Shown here piece after piece: positions 46,416 to 55,400 of a DNA stretch of 64,000 nucleotides (position 1 is the stretch's first letter; each line of letters begins with the position of its first letter). The notes beneath the pieces were generated by a model. The model saw only the letters and a program-made list of their open reading frames with translations, was not told where the DNA came from and ran no database searches. The position numbers and the translations under genes are program-made. This DNA is from a virus. The DNA is taken from the IMG/VR virus record IMGVR_UViG_3300034112_001564, positions 1 through 64,000 of that record, one strand, 5' to 3'.

Positions 46416-46777
46416 GGGGCCACCGCCGTCACGCTGCCGCTGATGATCGTTCTCGTGATCTGCCCTGGAGCCACCCAGCGGAGATACCAGCGGTAGGTGG
46501 ATGACGGCGACAGCAGGTTGGTCTGGGTCTCGGATAGCGCCACGGTCATGGAGCCGGCGGCTGCATCGGTGACAGTGATGGACGGTTGCGTCACCGTCGC
46601 TCCGATGCCACTGAGGGACTCCACGCCCCCGCCCGTCGTGACCAAGTCGCTCTGGTAGACGTAGCTTTCCCACGAGTACCCAGAAACATTTCTCTGGATA
46701 TTCACGGGCACGGTCAGTTCGTCCCCGCGGACGAAGCGCAGATTTAATTCCCCTGGCAGTAAAACGAAATCGGGCAC
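46412..46777 (-). CDS. BppU-like adaptor
   Basis: paralog of 36897-37217. Confidence 0.65.
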   Translation of the reverse strand: MPDFVLLPGELNLRFVRGDELTVPVNIQRNVSGYSWESYVYQSDLVTTGGGVESLSGIGATVTQPSITVTDAAAGSMTVALSETQTNLLSPSSTYRWYLRWVAPGQITRTIISGSVTAVAP

Positions 46778-46786
46778 GGCTTGGCC

Positions 46787-47083
46787 TCAGTGGGGTGCTT
46801 CGCCGGTCTTCTTCACGACAGCCTGCTTGATTTCCTGCTGGCCGGCGGCGATTTCTTGGAGGGTTTCTGCCTGCTTGAACTGCGTTTTCCCGATTTCGTC
46901 GAGGGTTTCTCTCGTCGAATCAAGGAATTCTGTGTGGGATTTGACGATCGGGACGAGCACGGTGCCGTGGAGCGTCACCGCCGCGTCCCTGAGAAACCAG
47001 ATCATTACGGCCAGAATGACGACCGGAACGCCGAACCTCTCGGCCACGCGGAACGCGGCCTCGGTGAACGATTCGCTTGACAT
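46787..47083 (-). CDS. membrane protein (holin-like by size/TM)
   Basis: FGVPVVILAVMIWFL followed by coiled coil. Confidence 0.5.
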   Translation of the reverse strand: MSSESFTEAAFRVAERFGVPVVILAVMIWFLRDAAVTLHGTVLVPIVKSHTEFLDSTRETLDEIGKTQFKQAETLQEIAAGQQEIKQAVVKKTGEAPH

Positions 47084-47126
47084 CTGCCACTCCGCGAAAA
47101 CTACAAAATGTCGGCTAGTAGCCTTC

Positions 47127-47654
47127 TTAAATTGTAGCAGCGGTCAGTTGCAGTCTGAGGGCATCCAAGGAGCCGGAATTGTCGATGATTCGGGCGACAA
47201 GAAGGTCGCTCACCCCCGCCTCGCTCGAGTGCGACGCCGAGGCGTCGTCGAGGCATCGCCACCCCGGCCGCACGACCCTCCACACCTCGCCGCCAGCGTC
47301 GATGATGGCTTTGGCCTCGTTGTCGAACCGAACGTCGGTTATGACGACGCCGCGGCCGGCGGCCAGTTCCGGCTTCGCCCGCTCGAGCGCGATCCGAATC
47401 CAGATTTCCTCGTGAACGCTGCCTCGACCCCACTCGGTGCCGAGGGTCTGGAGCATCTGCCTAGGCGACTTGCCGAGCCAGGGGATCAATGCCTCTTTCA
47501 CGGCCCGGTCTTGAAGCCGGCCGACGGGGAGGCCCGTAATCGTCGAAATGCACTGATACAGCGGGTCTGCGAAGGCGATCTGCCGGAAATCGGTAAGAAT
47601 TTCCGCCACCGTATTCTTACCGGCCCCAGCCGGCCCGCAGAGTCCAATCAGCAT
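47127..47654 (-). CDS. deoxynucleotide monophosphate kinase
   Basis: GPAGAGK, FADPL, RQMLQTLGTE.GR, DVRF.NE. Confidence 0.9.
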   Translation of the reverse strand: MLIGLCGPAGAGKNTVAEILTDFRQIAFADPLYQCISTITGLPVGRLQDRAVKEALIPWLGKSPRQMLQTLGTEWGRGSVHEEIWIRIALERAKPELAAGRGVVITDVRFDNEAKAIIDAGGEVWRVVRPGWRCLDDASASHSSEAGVSDLLVARIIDNSGSLDALRLQLTAATI

Positions 47655-48133
47655 TGAAAATCTCTCCCATCGAAGCGAATCGTGACCCCTACGCTGCCGG
47701 CCAGGAGCCTCTGGCTGACTCCGGCCTCCTCGAGCATCCGCTCCGCCATCTCCACGTTCAGGAGCCAGCGTGCCGGCGTGGCGTTCCTCATGGCGACGAG
47801 GCCGACGACCTCCTTGATGCCAGCCTGGATGATCGCCCTGGCACAGTCGGTGCAGGCGAACCAGGGGCAGTAGAGCGTTGCCCCGGCAGTTGCCGCCCCC
47901 ACCTCGGCGGCCTTGTAGATCGCCGCTCGCTCGGCGTGCTCGACAAAGTGGTACTTGAACGGCCTCGCGAGCCTGTGGTCGGGGCGCGACACCCCCCGCG
48001 GCACGCAGTTGGCGGCGTAGATCGTGCCGCCGGCAGTCACCAGCACGGCTCCGTTCTGCGTGTCTGGGTCGTGGGAATTCTCCGCAGCGTAGCGGCAGGC
48101 GTCCCGCAGTCGCACGAAGTCGAAGTCGATCAT
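47648..48133 (-). CDS. dCMP/cytidine deaminase
   Basis: HAE...CTDCA..IIQAGI. Confidence 0.88.
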   Translation of the reverse strand: MIDFDFVRLRDACRYAAENSHDPDTQNGAVLVTAGGTIYAANCVPRGVSRPDHRLARPFKYHFVEHAERAAIYKAAEVGAATAGATLYCPWFACTDCARAIIQAGIKEVVGLVAMRNATPARWLLNVEMAERMLEEAGVSQRLLAGSVGVTIRFDGRDFQC

Positions 48134-49305
48134 CGTGTCGGCCCCGCGATGTGCATGGCGGTCAGGCCGCCCTCGGGGAGGTAGATGAACGTCTCCATGC
48201 ACTGTCGCGAGCAAATGTAGCCGCTCGCGGAATGCCACTCATCCGGTGGGGTGATCGACGGCGCAGTTCGCAGCACCACCGAATCAACGGACTCGATCGC
48301 CCGCTCGGCGGCCTGGGCGTGGAGGTGGCCGGTGTGAAACTCCCGATACCAGCACCGCGACCAATCAGCCGACGCCTCCATCGCCATGATCTGCGGCAGT
48401 CGCTTCTTCGCCTTGTCGCCGTGGGCCGCGCCGATGAGGTTGCTGCCGTGGGTGACGTACTGCCGGCGTGTGTAGTGCGGCGAGACGGCGACCCTGCCGT
48501 CATTGCGGAATCGCTCTTGAAGGATTCGGCGAAACGCGGCCGTCAGCGTCTCGTCGTGGTTGCCGTTCACGACGAGTACGTCTGTCGGCACAGTGGCCGC
48601 CGACCGCTCGACCAGCCCAAGCAGCGTATCGCAGCCGACTTGGATCATCTTCTGAAACCGACCGTCATTGTCCTGCGGAGTCCCTGCGGTCGTGTTGCCC
48701 GCGGGGCCGTCGGCGTTGAATAAGTCGCCCAAGAACAAGATCGTGCGGCGGGCCGGCTGGTATGTGTCGCCGGTATCAATCAGGGACATGCCTGTCTCGC
48801 CGACCATCTTCTCGGCGATCGACAGATCGTAGTCATCGTGGCCGGTCGACTTGGCCCAGGCGTATTTGCCAAAATGAGTGTCCGCGACGACCAGCACCTG
48901 CCAGAGATCGCCGCGAGACTTCGGCTTGTTCGGCTTCTGCTTCGTCCTGGGCAGATTCGCTCCGGCGATCATCGCCTCGACGATTTCCTTGATGCCTGGG
49001 CCTGCCTTGGGCTTGAGCCTCACCCAGACGCGGTGAAGCTCAGTGACCGTTGGCTCGCCATTGGCGTCGGCGGTCGCGACCTCCCATTTGGTCGCCTCAC
49101 TAGCCGCTACTTCGTAGCGGCTAGTGTCGGCCTCGATGTGCTTGAGGAGATCGTCGACCGTCTTGATTCGACGGCTCGTCGATCTCGCCTCGAGCGTGTC
49201 TCCGTCGCGACGCTGCGTCACCTGCTCGGCGTCAGGGGCCGGCTTCGGGGTGGACGCCGCGGCTGCGGCCGAGAGGATGTCGCCGGTCAGCCCTGGGTCA
49301 GCCAT
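48130..49305 (-). CDS. calcineurin-like metallophosphoesterase
   Basis: DTH, GD, GNHD, HG, GHLH. Confidence 0.8.
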   Translation of the reverse strand: MADPGLTGDILSAAAAASTPKPAPDAEQVTQRRDGDTLEARSTSRRIKTVDDLLKHIEADTSRYEVAASEATKWEVATADANGEPTVTELHRVWVRLKPKAGPGIKEIVEAMIAGANLPRTKQKPNKPKSRGDLWQVLVVADTHFGKYAWAKSTGHDDYDLSIAEKMVGETGMSLIDTGDTYQPARRTILFLGDLFNADGPAGNTTAGTPQDNDGRFQKMIQVGCDTLLGLVERSAATVPTDVLVVNGNHDETLTAAFRRILQERFRNDGRVAVSPHYTRRQYVTHGSNLIGAAHGDKAKKRLPQIMAMEASADWSRCWYREFHTGHLHAQAAERAIESVDSVVLRTAPSITPPDEWHSASGYICSRQCMETFIYLPEGGLTAMHIAGPTR

Positions 49306-49532
49306 CGTTGCACCTGCCGGTATTTGGCGACTTTGTAGCCGCGGGCGGAGATCTTCTCGACGATCGTCTTTGCCATCTGGCAGGCCGAGACACCCGTCGC
49401 CTCGGTTGTCTTTCGCCAGGAGTCGCGGACCTCAAGGATCGCGCTTTGGTGCTCTTCGGACAGAGCGTGAAACCAGCTTTGGTTTCCTGGCGACGGCCTT
49501 GCGCTTTCCAGAATCTCCTTGGCTAAGTCCAT
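49287..49532 (-). CDS. hypothetical protein
   Basis: coupled ORF upstream of phosphoesterase. Confidence 0.6.
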   Translation of the reverse strand: MDLAKEILESARPSPGNQSWFHALSEEHQSAILEVRDSWRKTTEATGVSACQMAKTIVEKISARGYKVAKYRQVQRWLTQG

Positions 49533-49653
49533 CCTGTTTTCCCTTGAGGTGAATCCACCCGTCGTCGTCGGGGATGCCGCCTCCGGCGATCTCCTCGTCG
49601 TCGTCCAGCTCAGGCGGGAGAATGACTCCCTTGGGTGGGGTTGCCTTGCCCAT
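49432..49653 (-). CDS. hypothetical protein, probably leaderless
   Basis: ATG 7 nt after predicted -10. Confidence 0.45.
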   Translation of the reverse strand: MGKATPPKGVILPPELDDDEEIAGGGIPDDDGWIHLKGKQDGLSQGDSGKRKAVARKPKLVSRSVRRAPKRDP

Positions 49654-49660
49654 GACTAAT

Positions 49661-49689
49661 AGTGTCGCCTAGTAGTCTTTACTGGTCAA
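49661..49689 (-). promoter_or_regulatory. promoter TTGACC-N17-GACACT
   Basis: upstream of nucleotide-metabolism island. Confidence 0.5.
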
Positions 49690-50158
49690 TGCTGTTTCGG
49701 TGCGGCGTCGCCTTGCCCCATTTACCAGCGGGGCATTCCTGATCAGCCCACGATAATTTGCTGACGTACCCGCGAATCCTCGCGACCGGGCAACCGCAGA
49801 GAGAGCAGGCATTGTTTTGCAGATGTTCGCACTGAAGGCAGATATCGTGCCGCCTGATGATCTCGTCGTCCGATGCCATCGGCATGCCTGCGGCGACGTG
49901 ACCGGCGGCGGCAGAGGCGAGATTTCGTACCTTGGTCAAAAACGACGGCGCGCCGTGTCTGGAAAGCTGCGTTGCTACGGCCGCATCTTCCACGCTGTAA
50001 CCCGGCTTCAGCGTCCTCGGATACCACGGGCTGTCAGTGTCGACGATCCACTCGTCGGCAGTCTGCGAGACAACGCACGGCATCACCTCTTCCAGCGTAT
50101 AGCCTCGCTCGGCGCAACGCTCTTCAAGGTGCTCGCGGCGGCAACTGACTGTGTTCAC
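49679..50158 (-). CDS. Cys-rich hypothetical protein
   Basis: CLQC...CSLCGC...CPAGKW; GTGA overlap. Confidence 0.7.
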   Translation of the reverse strand: MNTVSCRREHLEERCAERGYTLEEVMPCVVSQTADEWIVDTDSPWYPRTLKPGYSVEDAAVATQLSRHGAPSFLTKVRNLASAAAGHVAAGMPMASDDEIIRRHDICLQCEHLQNNACSLCGCPVARIRGYVSKLSWADQECPAGKWGKATPHRNSIDQ

Positions 50159-50775
50159 GGCAGCGGGTTGTCCAACGAGTTTATGTGGCAATACGGGCTG
50201 GGCGGCGAAGAATACTCGCCGCTCAACTCAGAGCGAATCAGAGAAAAGCCATCCTTTTGCTTGGTCGGCACCTGTCCAAAAATGTAAGCCCAGTAGCCAG
50301 GGTCGCCCGAGGCTGGAACATAAGACTCCGACAATTCACGATCAACGTCGGGAATGTTTAAAAGCCCCCCTCCTCGGTTGAATAATGTGGGCTGACGAGA
50401 CGGGATGTACGGGCTGGGTTCTCCACCCAGCAATCCACGACTCGGAGAGTTAAATGGATTCCTATTACCATACGAACCCGGCGGATACCTTGGCCCGCCC
50501 GTCACCGAAGGAAGCAAAGCCTCCGGGTATCCCGGGCAAAGCGACAGCGCGTCTGTAACCACATGCCCGTCGACAAGTCGCCCAGGAGGCGCGGGCGTCC
50601 CGAACTGATCCATCACAGCAAAGTCTTGATCTTGCGGCGTCAAAACGTATTGGTTGACTCCAAATGTTGGAATATCCCAGTCGTAGTGTGTGAAGTAGCG
50701 GTAAAACTTGTTCGTGCCGTCAAACGCACGGAACGCCGGGCAGCACTGCGGCGGATTGCAGCATGGACAAGCCAT
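50155..50775 (-). CDS. hypothetical tail-region protein
   Basis: MACPCC start, GGAG RBS. Confidence 0.6.
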   Translation of the reverse strand: MACPCCNPPQCCPAFRAFDGTNKFYRYFTHYDWDIPTFGVNQYVLTPQDQDFAVMDQFGTPAPPGRLVDGHVVTDALSLCPGYPEALLPSVTGGPRYPPGSYGNRNPFNSPSRGLLGGEPSPYIPSRQPTLFNRGGGLLNIPDVDRELSESYVPASGDPGYWAYIFGQVPTKQKDGFSLIRSELSGEYSSPPSPYCHINSLDNPLP

Positions 50776-50776
50776 C

Positions 50777-51421
50777 TCATATCTCCAGCGAAACGAACGT
50801 TGCCGTGAACGTGCCGGCCACAACCGTGGCCGTCTGCGTACCGCTGATGGCGACGACGGTCGCCGTCTGCGTCGGGCCTGCCACTTGCAGAGAAGCAGTT
50901 GTCTTATTCAAGGTGATGCTGCAACTGCTGGTGTTAAAAACAGCAGACACGTCCGTTATCACCGTCACTGCGGAGGAGTTGGCAGACGCAAACGTGATGG
51001 ATTGGGTGGCGTTTGGCCCGATAAAAGTGATCGACTGCGTGGACGTGGAAAACGCTCCGGTCGCGGCTGACATCTGAAAGCTAACCAGATACCACTGCGT
51101 GCCGTCCTTCGCGATGTTGACGATCCTGCTTGTTGCCGTGCTCCTGGGAGCTGGCAGGCTGACGATCTTGTTGATTGCACTGACCGTGTTCGGCGTGGCC
51201 GTGACGCCGTAGAAGGTCACTGTCTTCAACGTGTCTAACGACCATGCGCCGGCAGCGGTGCAGACGCGGAAGACCTTGGGGGCGTATGACTGCCCGTCGC
51301 CCTCGATCACCGTCGGTATGCGGCTCACCGGCCCGCCGAACGGTATGGAGTCCACTTTCGCGATCGTGCTTTTCAGCTTCTCGCGGAGACTCTCGCCGAT
51401 AAGGTATTTGCCGTCTGCCAT
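50777..51421 (-). CDS. tail protein
   Basis: position after tape measure, Thr/Ser-rich. Confidence 0.65.
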   Translation of the reverse strand: MADGKYLIGESLREKLKSTIAKVDSIPFGGPVSRIPTVIEGDGQSYAPKVFRVCTAAGAWSLDTLKTVTFYGVTATPNTVSAINKIVSLPAPRSTATSRIVNIAKDGTQWYLVSFQMSAATGAFSTSTQSITFIGPNATQSITFASANSSAVTVITDVSAVFNTSSCSITLNKTTASLQVAGPTQTATVVAISGTQTATVVAGTFTATFVSLEI

Positions 51422-52497
51422 CAGGTAAACCAGCGTATTCCGAAGTTCGAGAAATTGCTGCCAAACGCCATTTCTGGCTGGATGCAGATGCGGTTGATCA
51501 GTACCCTTGGGTTCGCAGACGGCGACCTTGGCGTGCCGTCGTCGTTCAGCGCCACGGGCTGTGCGGCGGGGCGTTGAACGTAGCCGCCGTCGCCTGCGGG
51601 GACCGTGACCATTGCCCTCGCCTTCTGCTGCTCAGTGCCAATGGCGAGCACTGGGAATGACCCGCCGACCAGCCATACCTTGCCTTCCCTGTGCTCAAGC
51701 GAAAGCGATCTCTGGTCTACGTCTCCGCGGGAAAGGCCGCTGTTGTAGATGTTAAACCCCGTCTGCGGGACGGCCATATCCCAGCCGATTGCCTGGAAGC
51801 CGTGGCGGGTGAGTGTCCAGTGCGCCCTGACGGCAAACCCGAACGTCACCTTGAACCCCCTAAACGTCGTGTTGCCGAACTGCTCGACAACAGCGTTCGA
51901 CGAGATGCTCTGCAACATGCAGCAATGGACGCCGATGGAGAGGTTGCTGAACGTGAACTGGTCGTTGTTCACATACCCGCAATAAGCAAGCAACTGGCTC
52001 ATGTCGCTCGCCGAATACTGGTCGATGTTGATGTTCACGACCGGCTCGAGGCGAGTCACGCCATCGACGAGGTCTCCAACGGGATTGGCGGCCGGCACCC
52101 ACGCCCCCGACGCGCCGCCCGTCACCGGAGCACCGCCCCACGCGGCGATCTCCGTCAGGGACGTAGTCATCGAATACATCGCCGGCCGGACGGTTGGCTC
52201 CTGAAGCCCAGGGTCGGTGCCACCGACGCTCGGGTTGCTGCGGTACTGGGCCGTGACGATGCGGACCAGCCGGCTCTCGCCATCCGCCTTCACGTCCAGG
52301 CTGACGCAAGGGATGGAGTTCTCGGAGCCAAGGGCGTCGCCGATGTTGACGCCGATTGCTTCCGCAATGTTGAACGACTCGTTTGGTGAGTTGAGCAGGA
52401 TTTTCCACGTCCGCGTTGCCTGATCGGCAAGCTGCCCGCCATCGGCACTGCGGCTGAAGGATTTGCCCTGCGCGAGTTCTGATACGAGCTTCGGCAT
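51421..52497 (-). CDS. tail tip protein
   Basis: immediately downstream of tape measure. Confidence 0.7.
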   Translation of the reverse strand: MPKLVSELAQGKSFSRSADGGQLADQATRTWKILLNSPNESFNIAEAIGVNIGDALGSENSIPCVSLDVKADGESRLVRIVTAQYRSNPSVGGTDPGLQEPTVRPAMYSMTTSLTEIAAWGGAPVTGGASGAWVPAANPVGDLVDGVTRLEPVVNINIDQYSASDMSQLLAYCGYVNNDQFTFSNLSIGVHCCMLQSISSNAVVEQFGNTTFRGFKVTFGFAVRAHWTLTRHGFQAIGWDMAVPQTGFNIYNSGLSRGDVDQRSLSLEHREGKVWLVGGSFPVLAIGTEQQKARAMVTVPAGDGGYVQRPAAQPVALNDDGTPRSPSANPRVLINRICIQPEMAFGSNFSNFGIRWFT

Positions 52498-55400
52498 TAC
52501 AGCAGGACTCCTGGGTTACCTTCTTTGATCGCCCTAACGACCTCGTCCAGCTTGTCCGTCTGCTTCCGCAGCTCCGCGAGATTCACATCCTTCGCCGAGT
52601 CGTCGCCTCGGAGAAGCCTGTTGAGTTCGCTCTGGCCCTGGCTCGTCGACACGTCGGAGACGTTGAGGGCGGCGCGGGACGGGCCTTGGAGCAGGGCGTT
52701 CTGCCGCTCCTCTTGAAACTGCTGGAGCATCGGGGCGACCTGCTCCATCTGGTTCTGGATGGCTTGGCGGAGGAAGGCTTGCGGGTTCTCGCCCTTGAGC
52801 AGCATATCGAGGGCATTGGCGTTAATGTCCGCACCCGCCCCCTCGGTGAATTCTTTGCGAAAACGCTCGCGGTCAGTCATGCCGAGATCGCGGCCTCGCA
52901 GGGCGCGGTCTCGGTCGTTCTGGATCATCCGCTCGATGTCGATGGCCTTCTGCTCATCGCGAGTGCCGTCGGCAATCATCAAGTCTCTTTCGGCGAGCAT
53001 TCTGCGGCTGTCCTTTTGCCTCGCAATCCGCTCGTCCTTCTCTCTCTGCGTCAGCCCAACGCTCGCCTCTTTTTCGGCAAGCGCCGCGAGTCTCTCGTCA
53101 TTCGCCGCGATCAACCTGTTGTTGGCTGCGAACAGCGGGTCTTGCTCTATTTCCTTTCGTTTGTTGTCCAGATCGTCTTGCAGCTTCTGGGCTAGCTCGC
53201 GGTCAGCACGAAGTTGCGCGTCGGCCGCGTTACGATCTGTGCGATTCTGCTCGGTCGGGTTGTTGATGTACCTCTCCTGGGCCTCATTCGCCTGACGCTC
53301 GCTGTCGGCGATGATCTGGTTCGCGGCGTCCATTCGCCTCTTGAAGGTCGGGTCTTCGGCGGCCCGCTGCCGGCTCTTTTCAAGCTCCTTCTCGCGGGCA
53401 GCGATGCCGTTGTTAATGGCGTCAAGCTGCTTTCTCTCTGCCTCTGTGAGGTTGCGGGCGAGGTGCTCGCGTTGGCGCATAAGCTCAATCTCGCGCTTCC
53501 TGGCTGCGTCAAGCTCATTCTGTTCAGCCGGATCAAGAGACCCAATCCTTGCTTTGGCCTCAAGGTCTGCCCGCCGCTGCGTAATGGCTTCAAACTCTTT
53601 GTTGATGCCCTGCATTCGCGGGTCGTTCTGCACCACGCCTCGCCGAATGTCCAAATCCACCTGAGCCTGCGCCACGCGAGCGCGGTCGTCGATTAACCTT
53701 CGCTCCGCATCGTCGCGAGACTGGCCGCTGCCAGCCCGCAGGGGGTTCTCTTCAAACGCCTTCTGTGCGGCGTCTGCCCCTTGCTCGGATCGCTGCACCG
53801 CAGACTCGCCGACCTTGCGAATGCGGGTCAGCGCGGCCTCGACGGCGACGGCTGCTTCGGCGAATGCCGCAGCGGCCTCCGAGGCGCTCTGGGCGGCCTC
53901 AAGCTCTGCCTCTGCGGCCTTGATTTCTGCGTCAGACCCCTTTGCCGTCGCAACCTCGAGCTGCCCGCGAGCCTCAATCTCTCGGTCGATTGCGGCCTCA
54001 ATGTACGCGGTCGTTCTAATGCTATATTCGTCGCCTGCAAACCGCTCGTTTCCTTGAATCGACGCCAATGCGGCCGTCGTCCGCTCGCCGCCAAACGTGC
54101 GGCCGAGCCGCGTTTCGCGAGAGCGGAGGCGAATGCCAGCCCCCTCTGCCTCGACTTGGTCGATATTCGCCTTGGCCTCGTCTACCTTGGCCCGCTTCTT
54201 GTCAGGGTCGGTTTCCTTCTGGGCTTCCTCGAGCGATACATAGGCTTCTTTCAGCTTCTTGGCATTCGCATCAAGCTCACGCTGGAACGCTGCGGCATTC
54301 GGCACGCCCCTGCGAATCGCCTCCGCAACGTCCTCTTGGGCTTGGCGAATCTGGGCCGCGGGGCCGCGGGAGGACTCGGCGATTTCGTTAGCAGTCCTAT
54401 TGATTTCCCTGAGGAGCGGAGCGCTCAGGGAGCCGAGGACAAGACGGAGTTCTGCGATCTCCTTTTTTGCCGTTGCCGCCTCGTTTGATGTCAAAAGCCC
54501 GCCTTCGATCTGCGTCGACAGTTCCTTGATGCGAGCATCAACCTGCTCCCTCGCCTCGCTGACGCTCCCCGCCAACGGAACGGACGCAGCCCGTTCCATG
54601 AACGGCGCGGCTGCTCGAGCGGGAGCAAATGGGTCGTCGGGATTACTCGCTCCCTCGTCTCTCGCGGCGGCCACGGCCTGTGCTTCCAGAGACTCCCGCA
54701 ACCTTTTCTGAATCTGACCAAAGTCTGGCGGCGGCGCGGAGACGGCGCGGTCGGCGGCGTCCCGCTCGCGTCGCCTGGAGTCCTCCAGTTGCCTCTGAAG
54801 CCCGACGATCTCGCCAACGTCTGTGCTCTTTTCGATATCATCTTGGAGCTTCCGCTGCTCGGCCCGCTCCTTGATCACTTCGGGATCGAAGTCGGCTACG
54901 TTATTTCGGATCGCCTCGTTCTGCTTCTTCCGAATGTCCTCCATCTGCCTCGAGAACTCTGCGGCCTGCTCGCCGCCGGCAGAGAAGGTGCCGCGCGACA
55001 TCGCGTCGCCAAGCGACCTGAACGCCTGCGCCAAATCCTCGACAAGGCTCTTTTGTCGTGCCAGGGCTTCGTTGAGCGCCTTCGTCTGGTCTTCCGCCGA
55101 CCGGCCATTGTTCGCCCACTTAATGAGCCCGACGGCCGCCTGCCCCGCGATCACGGCACCCAGGCCGACGAACAGGCCCGTCGTTCCGCCGACTATAAAA
55201 CCAAGCTGGGTGATGTTGTTGCTGACGGCGCGAAGCTTGAATTCAAGGCCGCCGGTAGAAGACATGAAGTCGTCTACGGCGAATATGGCTTGGTTAAGAC
55301 CGAGGGCAAACTTGTCAGCGCCGGCTCGACCAACGTCGCCGATGCCCTTGACGAATGAAGCAGCTTCTGCCTTGCTCTTGAACAAGCCAGCGGCAAGGGC

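Noticed and set aside
46787-47083. Firm holin-endolysin cassette
   Set aside because: Single TM only and no adjacent endolysin recognised; kept as a low-confidence membrane protein.
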